Of a DNA stretch of 64,000 bases, positions 1 to 12,949 are shown piece after piece. The notes below the pieces were generated by a model, which had not been told where the DNA came from, did not search any database, and saw nothing but the letters and a program-made list of their open reading frames with translations. Both the position numbers and the translations under genes were made by a program. Within the stretch, counting starts at the first letter, position 1. Each line of letters starts with the position of its first letter. The DNA is from Histomonas meleagridis 2922-C6/04-290x (taxonomy: Eukaryota; Protista; Parabasalia), in assembly GCA_020184695.1 (NCBI GenBank), contig JAANOX010000253.1:395114-459113 (forward strand), written 5' to 3'.

Positions 1-1206
1 AATAAAGTTGTGTTGTGATGCGATTAAATCAATCACAGTGTAAATAGCTTTTTCTTAGATGGAACACAAATATAAGTGTCGATTTACTTTCGGAATATTG
101 TAAGATAGATCAGTAGGTGGTTTATTCATCGCTGCCATATGTGAATAATATTGAAGACCTGGAAATCCTTGAATAAATACCATTAATGAAATAGTTCTCG
201 TATAGTTATCAAAATTATATATATTTCGTTTATATATTCTCAATTATTGTCCAATATCAATCGGATTACTTGATGGTATAGATAATCCAATGATTCATAT
301 TTTATTATTTATCATCTTTTGAATTCGATAGATAATATTTTCAGAAATATGTTCATTTTCACTTCCAATTATTTCAAGTTCATCAATGATTATTAATGAT
401 ATATTAATTTTAATATTTTTACTCGTTGAATGATAGGAAAATGAATCCCATTTATTAACACTAAATATAATACGAAATTGTTCATAATTTCTTTCAAGTT
501 CATTAGCTAAATTAGAATAACGTTTCTCAAAATTCAATATATCTGTATTCTTTATACATATCTTGAAATGATAAAATATATATAATTTTTTTGTTATATC
601 ACTTTCTAATTCTTTACAAATAGCTATTTCTCTAACAATAATATGCCCCGTTTTATTTGAAGAACATAATAATATCTTTATTATGATATGTTTAAAAAAA
701 TTATTGTGCTTGAATTAAATTAAATTCTTTGATCGAAAATCGTTTTCATGTTTCTTCATTTTCAATAACTATAATCGGAAGTTTCTTAATTTTTGGATAA
801 TATAAATTTCTTCCGTTTTACGTTTTCTTCATTATCTTCAATTTTAAGTAAAAAAATGAATCGTTAACTCCTAAATATTTAATAGATGCAATAGTAATTA
901 AATATTCTTCTTTACTATGATTAGTAACATATGTTTTAATCTTTAACTCAACTTTAGGGAATCGTTTATGAATATTAATTTCTTATGAAGAATATATTTT
1001 ACTTCCATCTGATAATATGTGAAATTTCAGTGTTTTTGGGTAAATTTGAATAAAATTTTTTTTTTTAAATAAAATTGTTTTAATTTTTTGGAAACATAAA
1101 TGTCACATTTCTGTGCTTGTTTTAATTTATGTTTCAATAATTATTCTAACATTCACTCAAAATTATATATCGCTTTTCACTATTCTTTGCATCCAAGAGA
1201 TTAATA

Positions 1207-1563
1207 AAGTCCAACCCAAAAGGGTTGGGACAAACGATAGAAGATTTTTATCGTATCGTAAAGTATTTAATAAATTTTAATTAAAATTTTTTATTTCCTC
1301 ATCTCAAAATCACTCAAACTCAAAAATTAAAAACCGTATTTAATGCAGAAAAAGGTTTAACAGTGCGTCAAATTAGTAAAGAAGAAGATGTTTCAAAATC
1401 TTCAGTCTCTCGAATTTTATTAAATATGAAAATTGGGGAACCTCACTCATTTTTCACTTAACATGTTACGAAGTATTCAATCTGCGTTCACGCTGTTGGG
1501 ACAAAATTGAATACTTTTCTGTCAAAATCGAAAAAGGCTGTCCCAACCCTTTCGGGTTAGCTT
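1207..1563 (+). mobile_element. Tc1/mariner-derived non-autonomous element (MITE-like)
   Basis: Imperfect ~26-bp terminal inverted repeats (AAGTCCAACCCAAAAGGGTTGGGACA vs revcomp AAGCTAACCCGAAAGGGTTGGGACA), each flanked by TA (1205-1206, 1564-1565). Internal frame GLTVRQISKEEDVSKSSVSRIL resembles the N-terminal HTH of Tc1/mariner transposases. Confidence 0.7.
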
Positions 1564-2079
1564 TAATATTTAATTTAAAAAACTTCAATAAAAAAATCTT
1601 CATTTTTTTAATTACCACTTTTTGAATGAAATGAGGTTCGGAATTAAAAGCTATTAACGCGAAATTCTCTGTATGAATTTTGGATTATTATTCAATAATT
1701 GAATTTACATCATTTTTCGGAGAATTTTATATATTTTTTTCAAGATTCTAATATATTTGATTTAAAGATTTTCCTAATATATATTTACTATCATCTATAA
1801 ACCTGAGAAATGTGGCTAATATTAGAAAAAAAAAATATTTATTCTATATGCATTACCTTGAAAAAATTTCATTTTTAATCTCTTTAATAATATTTTATTA
1901 AATATTCCAACCCATATCAAGTTCATTAATCATATATATTTATAAATTTCTTTGATTTTTAATAATTGATATTTTTTTTCTTTACATCAAATTTATGTAT
2001 ATAATTAATGAAACTAAAGTGCATATATAATACTAAGGTTTACCATGTTATAGGATTCATTCATAACAATTTTTTTGTA

Positions 2080-2244
2080 AAATTAAATTTTCAAAATTTC
2101 GAAATTTACAACAAAAAATTTAAATAAAACAAAATTCAAATAATACAGCAAGATGTGTTATCAAATAAAGATAAAATGTAGAGATAATTGAAAAATTAAA
2201 TTTCCAAAATTTCGAAATTTACAACAAAAAATTTGAATAAAACA
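2080..2244. repeat. Two ~52-bp direct repeats downstream of the Merlin transposase
   Basis: AAATTAAATTT(T/C)CAAAATTTCGAAATTTACAACAAAAAATTT(A/G)AATAAAACA at 2080-2131 and 2193-2244. Confidence 0.85.
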
Positions 2245-2282
2245 CTATTTTCATTTCTTACCTATTTTCGAAAAATAAAAAA

Positions 2283-3282
2283 TTAATCATGGCAATCAAA
2301 GAAATTGATTTTTATATATTCCAATTCTTCATCTTCTATTTCATCGCAATCCATCACTTTTGTAAACTTTGTGTCTGCAATTAATTGAACTGCTGCTCTA
2401 AACATTTGATTTTGATTGTGAATTACATTCCATCTCCACATGAATTCTGATATATGTTCATTGACTTTGTTTTCTGGGATTTCTTCATATTTTTTATTAA
2501 TTTTTTTTAGTTCCCTCCAAAGTCTTTCTATCATTTGAGTGTGCGCTTTAGTTTCAGGATCAACAAAATTACATGAATGATTCACAGTTTCATGCTCGTA
2601 ATCATTGTCATCATCAAGAAAAACATATGCTTTCCAGCAATCAGAAATTATTTTTTGTTTCAGGTAATATATGATTACGAATCTCTTCTTCTAATGTTTC
2701 TCTTGTTCGATCTGGCACAACAAGACAAAAGAATTGTCTATCTTCAACACAAATTCCAAAAATCCATACTTGATTTAACCCCCGTTCAACATTATACTTT
2801 CTTCGACACATTAAAGTTTCATCTATTTGAACAGTTTTACCTGGACCACCGACAATAAGACCTTCTAAAGATAAAACATATGCATCACATGCATTTCGAA
2901 ATAATGCAAAATAATATGTTACAGTGCTTCTGCTAACTCCTACTTCTCTTGCAGTATCTTTGCATGAATATTTATATGCCCAACAATATAATAAATGAGA
3001 AATTTTTGATAGAGGAATTTTTGCTGAATAAAAAATACTTCCATATATAATGCTTTTGGTTTTATGACATTGTGGGCATATCCATTTATACCCAAATCCT
3101 TTTGAGAAATCTATGTAAATCTGCATATTGAAATTGCATTCTTCACACGTCATTTGATTGTAAATAACACCATTTTGTATTGCAAATTGAATTGCTGCGT
3201 CTTCGTTAGTAAAAAGCCAATAATAAGCAAGAGTACTGTCAATAAATGGAAATGAAGATTGCTGAGGCTGATTGTAATTCAT
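2283..3282 (-). mobile_element. Merlin / IS1595 (ISXO2-like) DDE transposase, one homopolymer frameshift
   Basis: CxxC...CxxC zinc ribbon, HTH (TAREVGVSRSTV), VQIDET, RRKYN, VWIFG. Removing one A from the A-run near 2655 joins both ORFs into ILPETKIISDCWKAY...VNHSCNFVDPETKAHTQMIERLWRELK, with D, D and E retained. TIRs not identified. Confidence 0.9.
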
Positions 3283-3432
3283 AATAGAAAATATATATTA
3301 AACGCATAATATGTAAAATATTGAATTATATTAATGCATTTGAGTAACATTTATTTATTAGTTCGAGTTAGTAGTAAGTAATGATTATAATTAACAAAAA
3401 TCAATTAATTTATATGTAATTTTGTATAAACA

Positions 3433-4327
3433 ATATACTAATATACTAATATACTAATATACTAATATACTAATATACTAATATACTAATATACTAATAT
3501 ACTAATATACTAATATACTAATATACTAATATACTAATATACTAATATACTAATATACTAATATACTAATATACTAATATACTAATATACTAATATACTA
3601 ATATACTAATATACTAATATACTAATATACTAATATACTAATATACTAATATACTAATATACTAATATACTAATATACTAATATACTAATATACTAATAT
3701 ACTAATATACTAATATACTAATATACTAATATACTAATATACTAATATACTAATATACTAATATACTAATATACTAATATACTAATATACTAATATACTA
3801 ATATACTAATATACTAATATACTAATATACTAATATACTAATATACTAATATACTAATATACTAATATACTAATATACTAATATACTAATATACTAATAT
3901 ACTAATATACTAATATACTAATATACTAATATACTAATATACTAATATACTAATATACTAATATACTAATATACTAATATACTAATATACTAATATACTA
4001 ATATACTAATATACTAATATACTAATATACTAATATACTAATATACTAATATACTAATATACTAATATACTAATATACTAATATACTAATATACTAATAT
4101 ACTAATATACTAATATACTAATATACTAATATACTAATATACTAATATACTAATATACTAATATACTAATATACTAATATACTAATATACTAATATACTA
4201 ATATACTAATATACTAATATACTAATATACTAATATACTAATATACTAATATACTAATATACTAATATTCTAATATACTAATATACTAATATACTAATAT
4301 ACTAATATACTAATATACTAATATACT
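3433..4327. repeat. Tandem array of 8-bp unit ATATACTA, ~112 copies
   Basis: Perfect repeat over 895 bp except one variant unit (ATATTCTA, ~4265-4272). Confidence 0.99.
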
Positions 4328-4829
4328 TGTAAAAATATTAAAATAAATTGTTACCTATATTATTCATTAGGTTAAAGTTAGTATAATATTTTATCTATTG
4401 GAATAATTAAATAAAATTGAAAGAGTATGGAGAAAAATTCAGAATATGATTTAAATAATGAAATTATATTTATGTGCCACTTTTGGAGAACTTTAACTAG
4501 ATTAGTACTAAAGATAAAAATACTTTAATAAGTGACTAGGAATCACGAAGACCATTTCTTTACATAAAAGTATATAGTTAATAAATATTTTTTTTATTCA
4601 TCAACAAAAGGGATTGGGATCAGGTCTTTTTGCACACCCTATTTATACTATAGTAACAAAATATAAATTTATTTTTTTTCTATACCAAATGAGTATTAGT
4701 TTACTTTAATCGTGTTGAATTAGTACATACTGCTTATATAAAAAAATAATATTTTTTATTCACTTAAAGTTATGATATGAGGGGTTTATCTTTATTTATT
4801 CTTATATAATTCATTTATTTATTGTTTAT

Positions 4830-5040
4830 TGCTATTCATAATGTAATTCATATTGTTATTCATATTGTTATTCATATTGTTATTCATATTGTTATTCATT
4901 AATTTATTGTTTATTGCTATTCATAATGTTATTCATATTGTTATTCATATTGTTATTCATATTGTTATTCATTAATTTATTGTTTATTGTTGTTCATAAT
5001 GTTATTCATGTTGTTATTCATATTGTTATTTATAATGTAA
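4830..5040. repeat. 12-bp minisatellite (TATTCATATTGT)n, reading NNMN on the minus strand
   Basis: Repeated TTATTCATATTG units arranged in two or three higher-order blocks. Confidence 0.85.
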
Positions 5041-5049
5041 TTTATTAAT

Positions 5050-5372
5050 GATATATTTATAATTCCTTTTTTAAGACAATCAATCTCCTTTTCGTTCCAA
5101 AGAATGGCAACTCTTTTGCCTGACACAATTTCACGCTTTATTGAATTTTGTCATTTTTCTGCAGATTTTCCAGGAAGTTTTACATTCTGTTCCTTAATTT
5201 GATCTTCAGGTTTCTTTTGAATTATTTCATTAGATTCTGTTGTTGAAAAATCATCATCTTCTCTGTTAGCCCATCTATAACCAACTATATAAGCATATGC
5301 CTCGCATACATCTTTATACTGAACTTTTTTAACCTCTAAGCTTTCGATAAAAGAATAGATGTCTTGCTCCAT
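5050..5372 (-). pseudogene. Truncated single-repeat Myb/SANT (telobox-like) gene
   Basis: ORF 5151-5372 continues in frame past TGA into KRVAILWNEKEIDCLKKGI, matching the first Myb helix (W..EE...L..G). The domain is then cut off by the minisatellite. Confidence 0.5.
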
Positions 5373-6479
5373 TTTTGGAGAGATTCGGATATCTTAACCT
5401 CCTTCTTACAACATGATTCTATAGTTTATAAAAAGCGTTATTTTAAACGTGCAATTTGGATGAATGAATTTTGAGCTAAAATTCAAGCAATTATTCATCC
5501 AAACTCACAACAAGAATATGAAGAAGCCACCAAACTTTAGTTTTTTGTAGAGAACAAAATTTACAATTTTTTCTTGAATTGATTTTTTTCATCATGAATC
5601 AATTCAAATAGACATGTTACTTTCAATTCTGGCCTGCCAATCAATTAGTTAGAATAAGGTAAAAATATCAAAACCGCTTTCTGCTGCTGTACCTTTTAAA
5701 AAAGAAAGAGTGCTAAAAAATTTAATTTTTCAAAAAACAAAAGAAAATATCAAAAACATGATACGAGCAGGCTATGAAATGCCTAAAAATATGAACACTA
5801 TTTAATAGAAACTATGATAAAGAGAACGTTAATAACGGTTGCCGAAACGATGGATGGTACCTTGGGCTCAAAGCAATTTTAATCAAGTAAAACACTTTGC
5901 AGAAACATTTGTTATTGTTCGTTCTAGGAAACGAAGCAATGGTAAAAGCATTCTCGCCTCAAAGCTGTTGAATTTTTAATTACTCAAAGCAATCAGGAAA
6001 AGGAGTTTCAATCAAAGCATCTGTGACCCGAGCCAAACCTGAAATCTATGCATAATTTCGTAGTCATCAAACATTTCCACATTTAGGAATTAGATGAGAG
6101 TTCCCCAACATTTTTTTTGTGGATAACATTTCACTGATTATTGATTTTGGACATTAACTACGTCTAAATATATATATATATATAGGGATTTATGGGAAAT
6201 ATTTATATACACCGAAATGAAAAACATAATATATATATTATTTTACTTTCTAAATAATCTCATGATTTATTCTTTGAGAAGCAATAATTTTCATATATCA
6301 TGTGAACAAGATGAAAAAGGAATAAATTTTGTGTTCACTTCCATCGATAATTCTTGTAGAAGTCTTGGGCAAGCCCACCCATCCCTGATTTGCTTGAGCT
6401 TATGAGTCTAGATCCATGTGCACTGTTCTTTCGCGAATCTTGATTGATTTCAGAAGGATCAATAAATTTCTTTGTTTTG

Positions 6480-6932
6480 GTTGTCATGATATTTTTGTTA
6501 CTGAACACCTACTTTGTGTTTGGCCAAACATTTGAAAACTAATACATTACTCTTGAATATTTGAGTTTGCATGGATTTAGGTTCCCATATCTAGAAAAAT
6601 TTAAAGACAGAAAAAGGCTTGTTGAACATCTTGTCGAGAAATTTATTGTTGATAATTGTTGTGTATGTTGTTCTTGTCAATACAAGCAACTTTCTGCCAT
6701 TTGTGATCACGCAATTTCTTTTGAGGATGAAACAGCATATTATTACTCACTTGGAACTTATGTTTGTGAGTACAACCACTGCATTGATGAAAATGATGAA
6801 ATGCACTTATGTTCGATGAAGGGCATAAAATCTCTGTCTTTATCAACGCTACCGATAATTTACACATTCAAGCAGCCAAAAATAACAGTTTCTTGCCTAC
6901 AATACTCACAGTTGAATTTTAATATATCATAA
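6480..6932 (+). pseudogene. C2H2 zinc-finger gene fragment (copy 1 of 6)
   Basis: FVFGQTFENxYITLEYLSLHG and CVCCSCQYKQLSAICDH fit C-x2-C-x3-F/Y-x5-hydrophobic-x2-H. Differences from the 13.3-kb copy are often synonymous in this frame (GTT/GTG, TGT/TGC, GAA/GAG). Confidence 0.6.
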
Positions 6933-7628
6933 AAATCAATGTTACAATTAAGAAAATTGATATGAGTAACATTAAGACATGCAAAAAACCTAAATCTAAA
7001 TGATACTAAATCTCGATTGCATAATGCGCAAATTCTTATGAGTGACAAACAATTTACGAATAAGATGAATGTTATGTTTGAAATATTATGTGTCTATTAC
7101 TACAGAATATACTCATAAATTTATTTTATTTTCATATTATTACAAAACAAAATCATAAAGTAAGTGATAATTAAATTATATGAGTCATTCAATCACATCC
7201 TTAAAATTATTAACATGTGATGAGAAATGATAATATAAATTTATAAGTTAATGTTCACTAATTTATTTAAATACCGCTAATCAATTCAACATATTCATAA
7301 GACATGAAATTTTTATCATAAAATTTATAATTTCCAACGTTAAATTAATTTTATATTCTTAAAAAGTTCATAAATTGACTGTTTAACCAGACGTATTTGC
7401 CCTCATAAAATTTAAATAACGTTCAAATTCTATGCAGAAGACCAAACCAACATTTATTATAAAAATATTAATATCTTAATATAAAATTAATATAAGATTT
7501 ATAATTTTTCAAATAATATTTCTCATATTAATTATATCATAAATATTTGTTTTTTTTCAAATATTATTCAAAGGAAATAATAATTTTAACATTTTTAATG
7601 ATATATTTTTCAAGTATATTTAAAATAT

Positions 7629-8372
7629 TTGAGTTCACTTGAACAAATGATTCAACAAAATATGAATGTTAATGATGCTACAATATTAAAAGTACTTGAA
7701 GAACATTTAGAAAACAATAATAATAAATTATTTTTCATCTCAGAACTTAGTATAAAATTTAATGTTAGTAAAAGAACAGTGAAAGATTTCATCACAGTTT
7801 GTGATGGTATTGAAGTATGTCGAAGATGTTCGAATGATATGTTTCAATGGATTGGTATGAATAATATTCAAAATACGATAAAAAAATTTAAAGAAGAAAT
7901 CGAAAAAAATTCACAAAATAATGAAATATTAATGCTTTTTGATTGTAGTTCTAATGGAGGACTTGATAATATTTCAATGCTAGTTATTAAATTATTCTTT
8001 TATTTAAACAAGAAATGTTTAAATTTACATGAAATTGCGAAATTATTTTCACAAGGGAAAAGTAAATATAAAACGATGCTTCGCAAATTATATACAGTTG
8101 GCATTGGATTACGAATTTGTGGGATTGTTTCAAAAACCAATCGAACATCGGAAATTCATTTCAATTATTTTAATTATTTTGATTCTAAAAGAAATAATGG
8201 TTTTGATGTATTTCGATTAAACTTTATCTTAAATTCAGAAGAAGATATTCAAAGAGCAAAAGAATTTCGAAGAAGAATTGATATATTTGAGAATTATGTT
8301 ACGAATTATAATGAGATTATTAATAGTGGAATAAATTCTCAAATTTATAAGGTTCCTCAATATTCATATTGA
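7629..8372 (+). CDS. E2F/DP-like tandem winged-helix transcription factor (trichomonad type)
   Basis: Intact 247-aa ORF with two winged-helix-like repeats (KFNVSKRTVKDFITVCDGIEVC...FQWIG; MLRKLYTVGIGLRICGIVSKT). Likely start is the ATG at 7647. Confidence 0.65.
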   Translation: MSSLEQMIQQNMNVNDATILKVLEEHLENNNNKLFFISELSIKFNVSKRTVKDFITVCDGIEVCRRCSNDMFQWIGMNNIQNTIKKFKEEIEKNSQNNEILMLFDCSSNGGLDNISMLVIKLFFYLNKKCLNLHEIAKLFSQGKSKYKTMLRKLYTVGIGLRICGIVSKTNRTSEIHFNYFNYFDSKRNNGFDVFRLNFILNSEEDIQRAKEFRRRIDIFENYVTNYNEIINSGINSQIYKVPQYSY

Positions 8373-8530
8373 ATAAAAAATTCTTCTCTAATTTTTCATT
8401 TTTAATGTTTTAGTGTTTGAAATGCATTTTATTTTTATATGTTAAATATATCTTAAACAAAGAAAGTGATAATTACAAGAAAATATATTGATATATTGCT
8501 ACATACAAATGTTTGTTTCACATAACAAAC

Positions 8531-9431
8531 TCAAACTTCAAAGCTTGATTTCTTGAAGTGCCAACTTTCCATCCAATTTTTTGCTTTTTGATAAAATAAA
8601 TTTGTTGCTCTAGTACAGGAGTTAACACAAACTGTTTTGTTGTCATTATGATTTATTCCTCTAAATGGATTATGCAAATTGAAAACGCCTGATAAACTTC
8701 GTTTTTTATCCAAAATTTTCATGATAAAACAATTCTGAAATGTTTTTTATGGAAGCATTGTCTCTATTTGATTTTTTATTTCTTTCGATCTTTTTCGATA
8801 CTTAAAGGTTCATTCATCAAATTTTCTAACAATTCCTTAGCAACAAGTCTTATTTCGTCTGTTGTTGATGAGTCTGTGTTAAAGCAAAAAGTTACGACTT
8901 TTAAAGGATCGAAATCTTTGAATGATGAATTTTCTTTCTTTCCATGTAATTGCAAGAATCTTTCATAACCAAATGTGGAAGTTCTTGTACATATTGAAGG
9001 ATCTATATCACACGTAAAGACCATCAGCAGTTGGAAAAGCATATCATTATATGAACGAATATGATGTCGTACTTCATCAATTTCTTTTCCAAAGATTTCA
9101 TATGCTTTATAACAAAGCTTTATTGAACATGGGAATATATTATGTGGCTCTTTAACAATCTTGTTTGAAAAATTAACGGTTTCCATCGCTATCGTCACAG
9201 GGCACCCCAAATATAACTTTCCGAAAGCTGATAGAGTCGTCCTTCAGAAATTTTATAATCACTTTTTCTAGCATGTGCACTTAAAATATCCAAAAACATT
9301 TTTATTAAAACTATTTTGTTTATAGCTGGATTATTTGAATATATTGTTGTTGTTGTTGTTTTAAAGTTGAATATTCTTGGTAATTTACAATGTGATTTTT
9401 CAATAATTTTCATGAACAAACATACAAACAT
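8531..9431 (-). pseudogene. Fragmented hypothetical protein gene
   Basis: Three consecutive minus-strand ORFs (9195-9431, 8776-9210, 8531-8722) with protein-like composition. No family recognised. Confidence 0.4.
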
Positions 9432-10127
9432 ATGTAATCATATATAAAATATGAATCAAAATAATATTTATATTATCAGTTTCGTGGAAAAGTTAAATTT
9501 TTTATGGTGGTTATTTAACCGTGATACAGCATTCAAATACTTGACGGTTAATTTCGTTTTGTATATGAAATAATCGTTTGGTCTGAAGAAAGCATTTTAT
9601 TAGAATATTTAAACAACTTTTTCTCAAAACTCAGCAGAAAAAACTTAATAAAAATTAAAACACATATGTAAGAATCAAAGGAAAAAATAATGGCAATTTT
9701 TTTTTATTCATGTTTTAAATTGATGGAATTTTTTTGGTAAAAACATAATTTTGGGTTTGAATGGTTTACAATGTATAATTGTTATGTTTATCTCCAAAAT
9801 TGCCAGGCAGTTTTTTAGCTGAAGCAGACCATAGGCGAAAATTCAATAATATAAGCAAAGGAAAAAACAAAATATCTGTGTTATTATTATCCAATTGTAT
9901 ATTAATTATGAAATATTTTTATATTTAATTCACTCTGCATTAAATCATCAAAAGTATGAAGAGTACGTTTATTATATTTAATAACTTTACTTAATTTAAT
10001 TTTCAATTAATATTTAGTCGGAACCACTCTGTTGGTGGTCTAAAGATATTTCTTTGTTTTATTTCATATTTATTTTAATAATTTAGGACATCATGATAAT
10101 ATATGAAATATATTTATCATATTTCAA

Positions 10128-10220
10128 ACAACACTTATTTATGCATCTGAAAATGGTCAAATAGAAATAGTTAAATTACTTATCGAACAAAAAGGAATTG
10201 ATATTAATGCAAAAAATATC
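10128..10220 (+). pseudogene. Isolated ankyrin repeat
   Basis: TTLIYASENGQIEIVKLLIEQKGIDINAKNI is a canonical ankyrin repeat. Similar AT-rich tracts (TTTGTTTTATTTCATATTTATTTTAAT) lie on both sides. Confidence 0.8.
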
Positions 10221-10319
10221 AATTTGTTTTATTTCATATTTATTTTAATGATTTAAAAATTAACATTTTAAAATGGCTTGAAAGTCACAAGTTAGCCTAA
10301 ATTTTACATAAAATTTAAA

Positions 10320-10720
10320 TTAGAATGTCAACAAAGATATCAATCTAATCGTTTCATTCTGTTTTACGATTGTTTGCCTATTGCATTCACCAACTCCACC
10401 AGCAACAATGAATTCATCAAGCATTACATACACTTTATGGGAGCCAATTAGTAAATCTATTTCATCAACTTTCCCGAAGTATGTGCCCATGATTTCGACA
10501 AAGAGATGGATTATTTCTAGAATAGCAAATTCATTATTGGTTGCATCAACGCACATGCACATGAACAAAACAGCGTATGGACGGTAAATGATTTTGTAAT
10601 TCTTATATAAGAACATTGGTAAGATTGATTTGCTGTTCTTCTTGAAATTAAACGATGGGGTTATGTACTTTTCACCAGTTTATGTCTAAATGAAATATTT
10701 TTTTGACTGATATTTTTTGT
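10320..10720 (-). pseudogene. Clathrin adaptor (AP) complex small/sigma subunit, degenerate
   Basis: YKNYKIIYRPYAVLFMCMCVDATNNEFAILEIIHLFVEIMGTYFGKVDEIDLL...KVYVMLDEFIVAG matches the AP sigma consensus (Y+RYA+L+F...NEL..LE+IH.+VE.+D.YFG.V.ELD+). The N-terminus is out of frame. Confidence 0.8.
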
Positions 10721-10991
10721 ATGTTCATGCTATTGTAAAATTATTAACTGTTTTTAACACATCATTATTGTATTTATTTTCAAGAAGTTGGGATTTTTAA
10801 TGTTATTACAATATCTTTATAAATAATGTTTTATAAGTATAACACTTTAATATTAAAAAGTATAATTTCTCTATTTGTAGGATATATCATTTGAACACTA
10901 AAGAATATCAAAGATTTAGAATTCTATAACCAAAGTTCATAAAAGCATTGCTCAATATCATTTCGAAGATAAATTACAAATTTAGAAACAT

Positions 10992-12603
10992 TTATTTATT
11001 TATCCTTCTTCCAGGAGGCGCTAGGTATATCAAGTTATAAGATTTCAAAATTTTAATAGACTTTTCCACTTTTGCTCTTAAATCACTTTCTTTTCTTTTT
11101 AATGCCACAAGTTTCAGTTTATATTCTTTATTTTGTTCATTCATTTCTTTCATTTCATTTGTATTCGTTATTGGCACTTTAATTTTTAGCAACTGATTAA
11201 AAACACAATTTGTGTTTTCTTAATATTTGTTGCAAATTCTTTATTTCAAATGAAATTTGACTTAAATTTTCATCGGAATACATATCATTTAATTCATATA
11301 ATTTTTGTTCGATAATTTCATCTTCAATTTCGAACATTTTAATTTTTTCTTTATTATTTTTCCCGATAATTCTTAAGATATCCAAAGTTGAACATAATTG
11401 TTTAACATTTGGTTTCCCTTCTCTTTGTGCATCTTGAATAATTTTATTCATCATTTTTATGATAACATTTTTATGTCATCAATTTGATTTTTGTATTTAT
11501 TTGATTTCTTCTTTAATTTCATTAATATTTCTCATCAATTCATTAATTTGTTCTTGTTTCTCATTTATTATTTATGCATGACATGTGTTTCTCTTGAAGC
11601 TTTTGTTGTATCTTCTGTTGGTACAACTAATCCAAGTCTTTCATCCATTTCTTTCATTATCAAAATAAGTTTTTCTCCTTTTTCTTGATTCGTTTTAAGT
11701 AATTCTTGTGCTTTTGGATAATGTGAATCAAGCATTTGCTTTTCTTGTTTAAACATAAAAACAGATTTATTTATATTTCTGAATTTCAATTTTGAGCATT
11801 TGCTCAATTTCTTTCATCTTTTGTTTATTTTTTTCTTATTTTACTTTTTATTTCAACAATTCTTTATTTTTTATTTGTTCGAGATTTTGCACTCTTTGGT
11901 TTATAATTTTATGTGCTTATTTCTGTTTAATTCTTTATTTCTCTATGAAATGTTTCTGCTGCTTTATAGAATGTTCGATTGATGCGCACAAAGATTTTAA
12001 TTTTTCTTCAATTTCATTCATTTCGTCATCTTCTTCTTTTTGAGGAATTTCTTTATTTTCTTCTTCAATTTTTTATTTATTTCCAAAAGTATTTGCTCTA
12101 AAATTAAATTCGTTTCTTGAAGTTTATTAATTATTTCTTTGTTTTCATTTTTCGTTTGGTTCATATCTATCCATAATGTTTTATATAAATTAATTTCATT
12201 TTTTTAATTCTTTAATTTCTTGTTTTATGTTTTCAATATTGTTTTTACAGTCAGAAATTTCTTTAGTGTTTTTTTATTAAAGTTCTGTTCGATTTTTATT
12301 TTTGCATCAATTTATAATTTGATTTTTCATTTCTTCTTCATTTTGTGCTATTTCCATTACTTTTTTTGTTGTAATAATTCATTATAGTTATTATCTAGTA
12401 TAGCATTTGTTGATAAAATTCATTATATTAATAAAAACATATTGTAGAATATAATGAATAAAGTTTGTATTAGGGTTTATTGGCTTAAAGTTAAATTTAG
12501 CCAAGACATTTGTTAATTTTTTTAGATTGATCTGTCTAGTTTTGTATTCAATTATTTTACATAATACGCTTGTTGATAATTTCAAAATTGATCTAACATT
12601 CAT
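10992..12603 (-). pseudogene. Fragmented K/E-rich coiled-coil protein gene
   Basis: Chain of short minus-strand ORFs rich in K/E/Q; the plus strand is correspondingly TTC/TTT-rich. Confidence 0.45.
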
Positions 12604-12949
12604 GAAAATTAAAATCGAATTTTTTTTTAAAAGTTAACAAATAAATCGAACCTATATTTCACTAAATTAATATCCATCAATATGTTAATAAAAATTTCGA
12701 TTTTCTACCAATTTTGATACATTCTTCTTGTACGACTTTTTGTTTTCCAAAAATACAAGCTTTTATGAACCACCAGATATATATGATCGAACGATATTGT
12801 GTCAAATGGAAATTTTTTTAGTTGAACGAAAATGTCCAACAAAAAAATGGAAAATTCAACAGAAAAAACATAAGTTTGAGTCAATATAAGTGGACGTCGA
12901 AAAAGTAGAATCAATTTCGTTTACATGCAAATTTAACTATATGATTTTG

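Noticed and set aside
55-870. Short minus-strand ORFs at the window start as a transposon gene
   Set aside because: No recognisable motif; possibly a decayed gene, but it cannot be assigned.
3433-4327. CRISPR array
   Set aside because: It is a pure tandem 8-mer with no spacers and no cas genes, in a eukaryotic context.
2000-4420. Merlin terminal inverted repeats (weak match near 2020-2045 versus 4370-4390)
   Set aside because: Only about 14 of 18 AT-rich bases match and no TSD was found, so it is not distinguishable from background.
5400-6100. Possible Mutator/MULE transposase remnant (IIHPNSQQEYEEA, LPKRWM)
   Set aside because: Too degraded. No DDE motif or TIR could be established by eye.
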